64,000 nt of DNA from the NCBI GenBank assembly GCA_018238155.1, contig JABCTZ010000012.1:29254-93253 (forward strand). The letters run 5' to 3'. Both the position numbers and the translations under genes were made by a program. The notes under the pieces were generated by a model. It saw nothing but the letters and a program-made list of their open reading frames with translations. It was not told the DNA's origin and did no database searches. Origin of the DNA: Candidatus Heimdallarchaeota archaeon. Its GTDB lineage: Archaea > Asgardarchaeota > Heimdallarchaeia > JABLTI01. Shown here piece after piece: positions 35,986 to 45,597 of the stretch (within the stretch, counting starts at the first letter, position 1; the number at the start of each line of letters is the position of its first letter).

Positions 35986-37623
35986 TTAATTTTTCTTCAA
36001 TTTCATTCTCTCAATTGCTGCATCAATAAACCCTTTGAAAAGTGGATTTGGGCTCCAAGGGATTGATGTAAATTCCGGGTGAAATTGTGATGCATGGAAA
36101 AAGACATGACCAGGTAGCTCTAAGATTTCCATTCTACGTTTATCTTCGGATGTTCCTGAAAAGACCAGACCATTTTCTTCGAATTTATCAATATAGCTTG
36201 GATTAACTTCAAATCTATGCCTATGTCGTTCACGAATAGTTGTAGCGCCATATAACTCGAATGTCTTAGTTCCTTCTTTTACAAGGACTGTTTGTCCTCC
36301 TAAATTCATAGTTCCACCTAAATCACTCACATTTTTCTGTTCTGGAAGTAAATCAATTACTAGATTCTTTGATTTCACTTTACTATTCATGGTAAATTCA
36401 TAGCTAGTTGCATCTTCTAATTTCAAAATATGCCGAGCGAATTCAACAGTTGCTAACTGGAAACCAAAACACAAACCAAGGAAAGGAATATTATTTTCTC
36501 TTGCATATTGAATCATTTTGATTTTTCCTTCTGTGCCACGATATCCAAACCCTCCTGGAATAATGAGCCCATCGTAATTTTCCAAAACTTTTATTTTCAG
36601 AGAATCATTTTCAATGTCCTCTGTCTCAATCCAATCGATTTGAACAGTATATTTGTGAATTGCCGCTGCATGTTTCAAAGCTTCGTTAACTGAAATATAT
36701 GAATCAATTATTTGAGTATATTTTCCTCCCATGGCGATTTTAATTGTAGCAATAGGATTTTCATATCGATTAGTTAGTTCATTCCAAGTCTTCCAGTCAG
36801 GTTTAGCTAATTTAAGATCTAATCTTCTTAAAATCAAATCACCAAAACCTTCCTTATCAAGTAAATAAGGTGCAGAATATACAGACCTTAAATCCGGCAA
36901 AGTGAATACCGCTTCTTGAGGAACATTGCAGAATAAAGCAACTTTTCTTTCAGTTGCTTCGTCTAATACATCGTGACTACGACATACAATTATATCGGGA
37001 TTTAACCCTATACTACGGAGCTCTTTCACTGAATGTTGTGTTGGTTTTGTTTTTGGTTCACCTAAATGAGGTGGAACTGGAACATAGGTGGTGTGAACAA
37101 GAAGAGTATCTTCCTCCTTCTCTTCCATTAAAATTTGACGAATGGCTTCTAAATAGGGCAAAGATTCAATATCTCCTACTGTGCCACCAACTTCAACTAA
37201 TAACGCATCTGGATTTTTATAATCGATAATAGATCTAATCCTTTTCTTAATTTCATCAACAATGTGAGGGATGACTTGAACAGTTTGTCCAAGGAAATCG
37301 CCAGCACGCTCTTTTCTAATTACTTCTCGGTAGACTTTTCCCGTGGTAATATTCTGACTCTTCTTCATACTGAGCCCTAAAATGCGAGCATAATGACCAA
37401 AGTCAACATCAATTTCTCCACCATCATCTGTAACGTAAACCTCACCATGTTGGATCGGATTCATTGTCCCAGCATCGATATTAAGATAAGGATCCATCTT
37501 AATGAGATCTACAGTTCCCTTTCTTACTTGGATGTTCTTTCCTATACTGGAGGCTACAATTCCTTTCCCAATACCAGACATTACTCCTCCAACTACAAAG
37601 ATATATTTGGTTTTCTTAGACAT
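35986..37623 (-). CDS. pyrG: CTP synthase
   Basis: GGVMSGIGKG, DPYLNIDAGTMNP, GGTVGDIES, KTKPTQHSV, GLCFGFQ, RHRHRFEVN, QFHPE. Confidence 0.98.
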   Translation of the reverse strand: MSKKTKYIFVVGGVMSGIGKGIVASSIGKNIQVRKGTVDLIKMDPYLNIDAGTMNPIQHGEVYVTDDGGEIDVDFGHYARILGLSMKKSQNITTGKVYREVIRKERAGDFLGQTVQVIPHIVDEIKKRIRSIIDYKNPDALLVEVGGTVGDIESLPYLEAIRQILMEEKEEDTLLVHTTYVPVPPHLGEPKTKPTQHSVKELRSIGLNPDIIVCRSHDVLDEATERKVALFCNVPQEAVFTLPDLRSVYSAPYLLDKEGFGDLILRRLDLKLAKPDWKTWNELTNRYENPIATIKIAMGGKYTQIIDSYISVNEALKHAAAIHKYTVQIDWIETEDIENDSLKIKVLENYDGLIIPGGFGYRGTEGKIKMIQYARENNIPFLGLCFGFQLATVEFARHILKLEDATSYEFTMNSKVKSKNLVIDLLPEQKNVSDLGGTMNLGGQTVLVKEGTKTFELYGATTIRERHRHRFEVNPSYIDKFEENGLVFSGTSEDKRRMEILELPGHVFFHASQFHPEFTSIPWSPNPLFKGFIDAAIERMKLKKN

Positions 37624-37769
37624 TTGCTCACTTCTACATGTTTTTTTAAAAAATAAAATTATTATATCTCGTTTATATACTTTACTCCTACATTTGATTC
37701 GTTTGATAGAAAAAGATTCTCTTAAGCAAAAGTTTAAACCATTTGCTTAAGGATTTAATGATCTTCTTA

Positions 37770-39137
37770 TTACTGAGTTGCTGAAGTGATTTGACAATCA
37801 GCTACCTTGATTGTAGGGATAAATGTAGGAGTATAAACTTCCCACCAACGTATTTGTTTACGATCACTACCAATTGCGGTGATATTTTTGCTCATACGAA
37901 GAAGATTATCAGCTATTCTGAGCTTTCTAACTGGTTTTTTAATTTCACCATCTTCAATTAAGAACATACCATCTCTAGGGATAGAAGAAAATTCTCCTTC
38001 GAGCATATTGGTGTATCGTGTATACCAATTTGATGTTACATAAATTGTTGGTTTCTTCGAGTTTGCAACTATTTCTTCAAATGATTGATCTCCTTGTGGA
38101 AAAATCATATTTGTGGGTGTAGGTGCAAGGAGTTTAGAACCTGCTCCGAAATCCAGTAAATCAGAATTACCGGTTGTTTCCGCTTGCATCATCAAGCCTG
38201 TCGTTGTGTTGTGAATTAATCCAACTAATACCCCTTTGTCGATAATAGGTGTTTTACTTGTAGGCATTCCTTCAATATCAAATGGTTTACTACCAAGACC
38301 TTCACCAATATGAGGGTCATCAACAATATTGAGATTTTCAGGACCGATTTGTTCGCCGAAGTGGTCACCAAGAGGGCTCATACCAATTAGCATCATAACT
38401 GGATTGGCTCCATTGGTAATTTCTCCAAGGATATTCGCTGCGACTGTTGGGCTCATGATAAGGTCATATTTGCCAGCTTTCCCTTGTTTCCCTCCAACAG
38501 CCATAGTAGCAATTTTCCCTGCATTTTTACCTGCTAGAGTCATCTTCTTTTCCAAGTCACTCAAATCTCTGCCAACAACAATGCCTTGTCCACTACTTTC
38601 ATTATCAACAAATGAACGAATCGTAGAGCGATAATAAGAAGCATCATAAGATGCTGAAACTCCATAACCAGTCATAAGCTCAGTTTTTACATTGCCAAAA
38701 TAGAGCACACCTGCAACTCTTTTTCCTCCAGCTTCTATAGCAGAATCAATGGCTATATTGACCATTTCAGGCGCTTTTTCAAACAGATTATGTGTTCGTT
38801 TATCATAGAGACCATCGATTTTCTGGTATGAATGAACTTTTTGTTGCATACCTGCGTAGAGCTCACTATCAGGCATTTTCTTTGCAAAACTAACTGCACG
38901 AGGAATTGCTTTTTCTATTTTAGTTTCTGTGGGATCTTGAATATCCACTTGGGTGGTTTTTCTACCAACTGCTAGGAACACTTCTAGCACATTAGTATCC
39001 CATTTCTTGGAAATATCAATATTGGAATTAGAAAATCGAATTTGATAGCTAGGGTTTTGAGTTAACTTAGCTATTACTTCTGTCGCTCCTTCTTTTTGAG
39101 CTAATTTGATTACTTTTTCAGGATAATTCTCAGTCAT
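37770..39137 (-). CDS. pmbA: TldE/PmbA family protein
   Basis: IVDDP...GSKPFDIEG, TTGN and G.FLIEDGEI..PV motifs; lacks HExxxH; directly follows tldD. Confidence 0.85.
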   Translation of the reverse strand: MTENYPEKVIKLAQKEGATEVIAKLTQNPSYQIRFSNSNIDISKKWDTNVLEVFLAVGRKTTQVDIQDPTETKIEKAIPRAVSFAKKMPDSELYAGMQQKVHSYQKIDGLYDKRTHNLFEKAPEMVNIAIDSAIEAGGKRVAGVLYFGNVKTELMTGYGVSASYDASYYRSTIRSFVDNESSGQGIVVGRDLSDLEKKMTLAGKNAGKIATMAVGGKQGKAGKYDLIMSPTVAANILGEITNGANPVMMLIGMSPLGDHFGEQIGPENLNIVDDPHIGEGLGSKPFDIEGMPTSKTPIIDKGVLVGLIHNTTTGLMMQAETTGNSDLLDFGAGSKLLAPTPTNMIFPQGDQSFEEIVANSKKPTIYVTSNWYTRYTNMLEGEFSSIPRDGMFLIEDGEIKKPVRKLRIADNLLRMSKNITAIGSDRKQIRWWEVYTPTFIPTIKVADCQITSATQ

Positions 39138-39138
39138 C

Positions 39139-40599
39139 TTATTCTCCTCCTAAGCGAATGTTTCTCATTCTTACTTGCGCACCACCCATCCAACAAGGTG
39201 CACCTTGAGCTGGATCCGATTTCCCACAGGTTCCATATGGGAATTCTGTGTCTTTTGAAACTGCATCTACACCACCAAATAAACCAAAAGTGGTGAGTTC
39301 GAGCGTGGGTCTACGAATCATCGTCTCTGTCACTTCTCCATTCTCAATAAGATAAACTTCGAGACCAACGTATTTACTTTGGAAGCGACGATCATCAATA
39401 TTCCACTCAGTAAAGCTCTTCATATAGATGCCTTTCTTCACATCTTCAATCAATTCTTCAATTTGATATTCTCCGGGAGCAAAATAGGTATTAGCCATTC
39501 GTACTAATGGTTCACGATTATACCCAATTGCTCTTGCAGCTGCGTTTGATTTTGTTTCAAAACGAGAGGCAAATTCTCTATTAAGTAATAGATCGTTTAT
39601 CATTCCTTCTTTTATTAGATATCTAGGTCTTGCTTTAACGCATTCATCATCATAGAGATAAAATCCTGCACTACCAGGCATTGTTGGATCATCAATTAGC
39701 GTCACAGCTTCTGTTCCTATCTTGATTTCTCCTAATTTTTGTTTTTCAAGTAAATCAATATAGAATGATTCTCCCGCTTGAGCTCCTTCTCTGCCTAAAA
39801 TTCGATCACCTTCAGAAGGATGTCCAGTGTTCTCATGAGCAATAATACCTGCAACTTCACTACTAACAACAACATCAGTAACACCAAGTTTCATTTCTTT
39901 CGCTTGGTTTGCTGTTTTTACTAATGCTCGATTGTCCTCAATGATATGCTCAACTATCTTCTCTTCTTTGAACCATTCCCATCCTTTGGAACTTGCTTGA
40001 CCATAAAATCTTTGTTCTGAACCTAAAGGTCCTTTTGCAGTGTTGAATGTATAAAAAGCAATTAGTGATTTATCTGATTCTACTTTTGACCCTTCACTAT
40101 TCACAATATACTTTCTATTTCTATTCATCTCAAGTAGAAGCGTACGCATAACTAAGTTTTCACCGAAATCTTGACTAACGAGCGTTTTGTCTAAATCTAT
40201 AACAAACTGGACTTTTTCTTCATCAGATTTATCTTCAATGTGTTGTTTGACATCTGACTGCCATTTCGTTTCTACAACATCTTCTTCAGAAAAAATGATA
40301 GGTGTTTTTCTCTTACTCGCTCGAGCCATTTTCAAAGCAACATCTATTGCTTTCTCAATATTTTCTTTCTCTAATTTTGCCGTAGAACAGAATCCAATTC
40401 CTCCCTCTGCGATTACTCGGATGCCAATTCCTTTGGAGAAGCTCTCTCCTCCACCAATGATGGCACCATTTCTTGTTGTGTATCCTTCACTTCGAGAATC
40501 TACAAATCGAGCTTCAATATATGATGCTCCTTTTTTGGTTCCGTATTCTACTGCATGTTCTGCAATATCATATCCATCTTTCATTGTATGTGAACTCAT
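39139..40599 (-). CDS. tldD: TldD family metalloprotease
   Basis: AHENTGHPSEGDR (HExxxH), DDPT, YDDEC, RMANTYF, CGKSDP. Confidence 0.92.
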   Translation of the reverse strand: MSSHTMKDGYDIAEHAVEYGTKKGASYIEARFVDSRSEGYTTRNGAIIGGGESFSKGIGIRVIAEGGIGFCSTAKLEKENIEKAIDVALKMARASKRKTPIIFSEEDVVETKWQSDVKQHIEDKSDEEKVQFVIDLDKTLVSQDFGENLVMRTLLLEMNRNRKYIVNSEGSKVESDKSLIAFYTFNTAKGPLGSEQRFYGQASSKGWEWFKEEKIVEHIIEDNRALVKTANQAKEMKLGVTDVVVSSEVAGIIAHENTGHPSEGDRILGREGAQAGESFYIDLLEKQKLGEIKIGTEAVTLIDDPTMPGSAGFYLYDDECVKARPRYLIKEGMINDLLLNREFASRFETKSNAAARAIGYNREPLVRMANTYFAPGEYQIEELIEDVKKGIYMKSFTEWNIDDRRFQSKYVGLEVYLIENGEVTETMIRRPTLELTTFGLFGGVDAVSKDTEFPYGTCGKSDPAQGAPCWMGGAQVRMRNIRLGGE

Positions 40600-40742
40600 T
40601 ATAATTGCTTTAGAATTATATCAATAAATCAGCTCCAACTTATAAAAGAATATTTTGTGTAGTCTATCCGAACAAAAATTTCTTAAAATACAAATGAATA
40701 TGCTCTTATGGATTATCTTGAAACTCCGTTGAAGGTATAATT

Positions 40743-42212
40743 ATGATCGATTTAACAATAAATGAAAAAATTCTTTCAAAAACCGTTAAACGTGCTCGAG
40801 AGCAAAACATTATTATCCCTACTTTTGAGGAACAAAGAAACCCAAAATTAATTCCAAAAGAGATTACAAAAGAATTATCACCACTGAGTCTTTGGGAAGT
40901 CCATCCAAGAAATCTCTTCCGCATTACTTGGAAAAATGAGCCAAAAGACAAAGGAGGTAAATTTTCTTCTCATCCAAATTATATTGAACTACCTCATGAG
41001 CTTACAGGTGTTGAAGCTCGTATTATTGCTGTGGTAGGCAAATGGTTTCCGACAGGTTCACATAAAGTTGGAGCTACATTTGGGTGTTTAATACCAAAAT
41101 TGATCACTGGACAGTTCGACCCAACTACTCAAGTAGCTGTGTGGCCATCTACAGGCAATTATTGTCGTGGAGGTGCTTATGACGCAACTCTTCTTGCTTG
41201 TGAATCTTTAGCTATCCTTCCAGAAGAGATGTCTCGAGAGAGATTTAATTGGTTACAATCTGTTGCAGGTGAAGTTATAACCACTCCTGGTGGTGAAAGC
41301 AATGTGAAGGAAATTTTTGATAAATGTTCTGATTTACGAAAAGAACGTGGAGATAAAATAGTTATATTCAATCAGTTTGATGAGTTTGGCAATCACTTAT
41401 GGCATCATGAAGTTACTGGTCCTTCTATGCAAGAAGTTCTGGTGAAAGAAATGAATAATTCTAAATTAAGTGGCGTGTGTTTAACTACCGGTTCCGCTGG
41501 AACCTTAGGTGCTGCTGACTATCTGAAAACAATTCATCCTCAATCAAAAACTGTTGCAGGAGAATCACTTCAATGTCCAACTATGTTACAAAATGGTTTT
41601 GGTTATCATCGAATAGAAGGTATTGGTGATAAACACATTCCGTGGATTCATAATACAAAACAAACGGATTTTGTAATCGCAATTGATGATCAAGATTGTA
41701 TGAACCTTTTGAGACTCTTCAATGAACCCTTTGGCAAGCAATTCTTATTACGTGAAGGAGTTCCTGAATACATGATTAATAGACTTCATCTTCTAGGTAT
41801 CTCAAGTATTGCTAATCTGTTAATGGCAATTAAATTCGCTAAGTATTATGAACTTACTCGACAAGATATTGTAATGACTGTTTTTACCGATTCAACAGAT
41901 TTATACTATTCTCGTCTTAAGGAATTGAACATGCGTTATGGAGAATATTCCGAAATGCGTGCAGCAATAGACTTTCATCGTTCACTTCAAAACATTAAAA
42001 CAGATTGTTTGCAAGAGCTTCGTTATACCGAAAAGCAGCGATTGCATCATTTGAAATATTTCACTTGGGTAGAGCAACAAGGAAAAACCGTTGAAGAATT
42101 AAATCAGCAATGGTATGATGAAGAGAATTACTGGACTAATATTCATCAACAAGCTTCCAAAATTGATGAGTTAATCGTTGCATTCAATAATAGAGTGAAT
42201 TCTCTTAAGTAG
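40743..42212 (+). CDS. PLP-dependent enzyme, fold type II (cysteine synthase/TrpB-like), function unknown
   Basis: FPTGSHKVGA (PLP lysine), PSTGNY, NQF, TGSAGTLG, IEGIG. Confidence 0.85.
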   Translation: MIDLTINEKILSKTVKRAREQNIIIPTFEEQRNPKLIPKEITKELSPLSLWEVHPRNLFRITWKNEPKDKGGKFSSHPNYIELPHELTGVEARIIAVVGKWFPTGSHKVGATFGCLIPKLITGQFDPTTQVAVWPSTGNYCRGGAYDATLLACESLAILPEEMSRERFNWLQSVAGEVITTPGGESNVKEIFDKCSDLRKERGDKIVIFNQFDEFGNHLWHHEVTGPSMQEVLVKEMNNSKLSGVCLTTGSAGTLGAADYLKTIHPQSKTVAGESLQCPTMLQNGFGYHRIEGIGDKHIPWIHNTKQTDFVIAIDDQDCMNLLRLFNEPFGKQFLLREGVPEYMINRLHLLGISSIANLLMAIKFAKYYELTRQDIVMTVFTDSTDLYYSRLKELNMRYGEYSEMRAAIDFHRSLQNIKTDCLQELRYTEKQRLHHLKYFTWVEQQGKTVEELNQQWYDEENYWTNIHQQASKIDELIVAFNNRVNSLK

Positions 42213-42333
42213 AGAAGCAAAAACAAATATAAATCATCCATTTCTTTTCAATCAACTTGAGCAATAATAAGACAAAAGCATTCGAAAGAATTTTATCTTC
42301 TATTATTTGCTAAAAAGATGAGAGTAGTAGACT

Positions 42334-43407
42334 ATGATAAGAGACGCGCAAGAATATGGTTCATTAAATGTTCATATGCGGTCCCAGAGAACAGATCTGT
42401 TTTCTGCTGGTACCTATAACTTACTCGCTAGTGCTACGGATTATGAAAATCTTACACAAATGCTTTCGAACACACGATACAACGATATCATTGGTACTGA
42501 AATGGAGAAAAAATATCCTAATCTCCTTGTTGTAGATCGTCGACTTTCACAACATTTTGTAGATCAATATAATATTTTTCGGAAATTTATTCCTAAACGA
42601 GCAAAGGAGTTCATTGATTTGTTGAGCAGAAGCTATTTTCTCAATAATGTCAAAATTATCTTAGCCGCACTTCATGGTGCCAGTGATTATGAGGAAGCAC
42701 AAGAGATGCTACTCAATTTGACTCCAGTAGAAAATGAAGAAACTGAACATCTCTATAAAGCTCAAAATGTTGAGGATATGATTTCACGACTTACAGATGA
42801 AAAACTTCGAGAATCTCTTGAAAATGCTTTGGGTGAATATCGTTTTCTTGACTTGGTTTATCCTTTGATTATAGCAGTGGATCAATACTTCTATGAACAT
42901 CTCTCTAAAGAAATGTCCAAATTGAAAGGAGAAGACCGAACCAAGATTAAGATGTTAACTGGCTCACGGATAGGTATTCAAAACATAGAAATTATTCTTC
43001 GATCCAAGCTTTTCAATATTGTTCCGGGAATGATAAGAAAATGGCTTATCGCGACCAAAATGTGTCCCTTAAAAGAAGATTTCCGTGAGAAATTAATTAA
43101 CACTCCTGATATGGAAACTGCTTTCAATCTTTTGAAAGAAGCATCCTCATTTTCGGAATTAGGAGTAAGACTACTTGAGAATCTTGAGAAGGACAAACCC
43201 CCTTTAGATAACTTTGACCGATACGCTGACCAAATATTAATACATAGGACAAATTCCATCTTCCGTGGTGCAAGCTTCAATGTGTCCATTTTTCCCGCTT
43301 TCTTCTTCTTGAAAGAAATGGAAATCCGTAATCTACGAGTAATAATCTTAGGAAAACTTCATAAAAGATCTACAAATGAAATACTCGAAAAAATAGTTTT
43401 AGTTTAA
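42334..43407 (+). CDS. atpC: A/V-type ATP synthase subunit C (AC39/d family)
   Basis: Y..LNVHMR, L.NTRY, NNVKIIL, IQNIEIILR, KEMEIRNLRVI..G; directly before the c-subunit gene. Confidence 0.88.
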   Translation: MIRDAQEYGSLNVHMRSQRTDLFSAGTYNLLASATDYENLTQMLSNTRYNDIIGTEMEKKYPNLLVVDRRLSQHFVDQYNIFRKFIPKRAKEFIDLLSRSYFLNNVKIILAALHGASDYEEAQEMLLNLTPVENEETEHLYKAQNVEDMISRLTDEKLRESLENALGEYRFLDLVYPLIIAVDQYFYEHLSKEMSKLKGEDRTKIKMLTGSRIGIQNIEIILRSKLFNIVPGMIRKWLIATKMCPLKEDFREKLINTPDMETAFNLLKEASSFSELGVRLLENLEKDKPPLDNFDRYADQILIHRTNSIFRGASFNVSIFPAFFFLKEMEIRNLRVIILGKLHKRSTNEILEKIVLV

Positions 43408-43471
43408 GACTATTAGTAAAAATTAAAAAGCAACAAAAAATCTACTAGACTCTAGAAATAAAACTCTTACC

Positions 43472-43873
43472 TTGGAGGTAACACTTATTCGTCAATCATT
43501 AGCTAAAAAAATCTTCATCATGATGCAAGTATTGGTTATTGCTATTGGACTTTTAGCCGTTGTTAAATTTGCTTTAGCATTAACTGGAGAATCCGGTGTA
43601 GCCATTGTTAGTAAAGGAGTGCCTGGCTTTGACCCAATTTCCATCCTCGCAGCAGAGGATCAAGCTGGTTTAATTGCTATTGGCGCTGGATTAGCAATGG
43701 GCTTATCCGCTATTGGAGCCGGTATAGGTTTGGGTACTGCTGCCGCATCCGCTGCTGCTGCAATTACTGAAAAACCGGAATCTTTTGGTAAACTGTTAGT
43801 ACTTCTTGCTTTAATTGAAGCTATTGCTATTTATGGTTTCGTTATTGCGTTCGTATTATCTGGTAACATTTAA
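43472..43873 (+). CDS. atpK: A-type ATP synthase proteolipid subunit K (c), single hairpin with signal-like N-extension; start uncertain
   Basis: IGAGLAMGLSAIGAGIG, EKPESFGK and LIEAIAIYG (ion-binding Glu). Confidence 0.92.
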   Translation: MEVTLIRQSLAKKIFIMMQVLVIAIGLLAVVKFALALTGESGVAIVSKGVPGFDPISILAAEDQAGLIAIGAGLAMGLSAIGAGIGLGTAAASAAAAITEKPESFGKLLVLLALIEAIAIYGFVIAFVLSGNI

Positions 43874-43892
43874 AGATTGCATCTTAAGAAAC

Positions 43893-43980
43893 AGGACTTG
43901 GACTCTATTCACCATTTTGAGTGAATCCTAGGCGGCTTTTTAGCCGTCCTTAATATTTTTCTTCTTTTATTTTATTTCTT
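43893..43980 (+). terminator. Structured 3' end downstream of atpK
   Basis: ATTCAC/GTGAAT stem, GGCGGCT-TTTT-AGCCGTC stem, then a long T-rich tract. Confidence 0.6.
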
Positions 43981-44125
43981 TCAGTATTTTTTACTAATCT
44001 TAACCACCAACACTTTTTTTAAGTGATTAAATTAATATCTTTTGAAGATTGATAGACTAGAAGAACGTATATCAAACATTTTCAAATATAGTATTAAACA
44101 TTAAGCTATTTTGAGTTGAATTCAA

Positions 44126-45421
44126 ATGAAAGACAATAAAGAACAATTTGATTTTGCAGCATGGACAAAAAGGCTTCCTCCATCCGAAATTCGGCAGTTA
44201 TTGAAATACAAAGTAAAATATAATTTTGGTGGTGGCTTACCTGGTGCCTTGCCAATAGATACATTAGGAAAAATATTAATAGAAATTGGCGAAGAAAACA
44301 TTCAAGATAACAAAGATGGCAATATACGAAAAGCTCTTTCTTTATGGAATTATGGTCCTACAGGAGGTCAAGAATACGTTTTAAGGATTCTTGCAGAACG
44401 AATGAAACGTGTTGATGGCATTCATCTCGATGATGAAACTGGATGGCAAGACGTTATCTTAACTGCTGGGTCCCAACAAGCACTTTACGCAATTCTTGAT
44501 ACAATAATTGACCCTGGAGATGTTATATTGACACCCAGCCCAGCTTATTTAGGATTTCTTGCACCAGCGTTTAAGCTTGGTGGAGAAATAGTTACTATTC
44601 CTACTGATTTGGAAGGCCTAATACCTGAATATTTAGAACAGGCAATTCCAATGTGCGAAAAGAAATTCGGAAAGAAACCATCAATGATTTATGTTGTTCC
44701 TGATTCAGATAATCCAAAAGGAACTACAATTCCATTCAAAAGACGAAAGCAACTATTTGATATTGCTGAACAATATGACATCCTATTAGTAGAAGATCAG
44801 GCATACAAAGAAATACAATTTAAAGGTGAACCAATAAAACCCATTAAATCCCTTGATAAGGATAATAGTAGAGTGGCTTATTTACGAACAACTTCTAAAG
44901 AAGCAGCTGTATTACGGATGGGTTATTCTGTTCTTCCTGAAAGTTTGAAGAATGAGGTCCTAAAAGATAAAGGATACTTGGATCTTTGTCCACCTGCCAT
45001 TTTACAAAAAGTAATGGCAATCTATTATGAAAAATACATTGACAAAGTATTACCTGATTGCTTAGCAACTTATAAGAAACGCTCTGAAGCAATGCTAAAA
45101 GGTATAGACGAATCCTTCCCTGCTGGTGAATACACTAAACCAAATGGAGGATTTTTTGTTTGGTATGAATCTGAAAAACAATTCGACGCTAAAAAATTCT
45201 TACTTGAGAAAGCTATTCCAAGTGACATTTGTTTTGTTCCTGGTTCAGCATTCTATCCTATTAAAGGATGGACTTTGGATGTTGATAAGAATGATTTAGT
45301 GGAATCTGCCGCAAAAACCAATACAATGCGTTTAGGTTTTTCATATAATAATGCTGAAGATATCTATGCTGGTATCAAGATATTGGGTAATATGTTATAT
45401 AGAGAGTTAGGCATAGATTGA
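44126..45421 (+). CDS. PLP-dependent class I aminotransferase (LysN/ARO8-like)
   Basis: SEIRQLL, FGGGLP, TAGSQQAL, YVVPDSDNPKG, EDQAY, TTSK...LRMG, PNGGFFVW, MRLGFS. Confidence 0.92.
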   Translation: MKDNKEQFDFAAWTKRLPPSEIRQLLKYKVKYNFGGGLPGALPIDTLGKILIEIGEENIQDNKDGNIRKALSLWNYGPTGGQEYVLRILAERMKRVDGIHLDDETGWQDVILTAGSQQALYAILDTIIDPGDVILTPSPAYLGFLAPAFKLGGEIVTIPTDLEGLIPEYLEQAIPMCEKKFGKKPSMIYVVPDSDNPKGTTIPFKRRKQLFDIAEQYDILLVEDQAYKEIQFKGEPIKPIKSLDKDNSRVAYLRTTSKEAAVLRMGYSVLPESLKNEVLKDKGYLDLCPPAILQKVMAIYYEKYIDKVLPDCLATYKKRSEAMLKGIDESFPAGEYTKPNGGFFVWYESEKQFDAKKFLLEKAIPSDICFVPGSAFYPIKGWTLDVDKNDLVESAAKTNTMRLGFSYNNAEDIYAGIKILGNMLYRELGID

Positions 45422-45430
45422 GAAACGCTT

Positions 45431-45495
45431 GGGAATTACGAAATAATTTCGAGTAATTTCCTTTTCCTTTTATTTTCAATTATTTTTCTTTTCAG
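45431..45495 (+). terminator. Hairpin plus U-tract after the aminotransferase gene
   Basis: GGGAATTAC...GTAATTTCC stem with inner GAAA/TTTC pairing, followed by T-rich runs. Confidence 0.5.
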
Positions 45496-45597
45496 AATAA
45501 TATTCAATAGCTAAGAAACAATTATATGAAGCAAACACAAAAGTTTTTATCTATACGTTCTTGAATTTCAAGAGACTTCGAACAGGTGTTTATTGAG

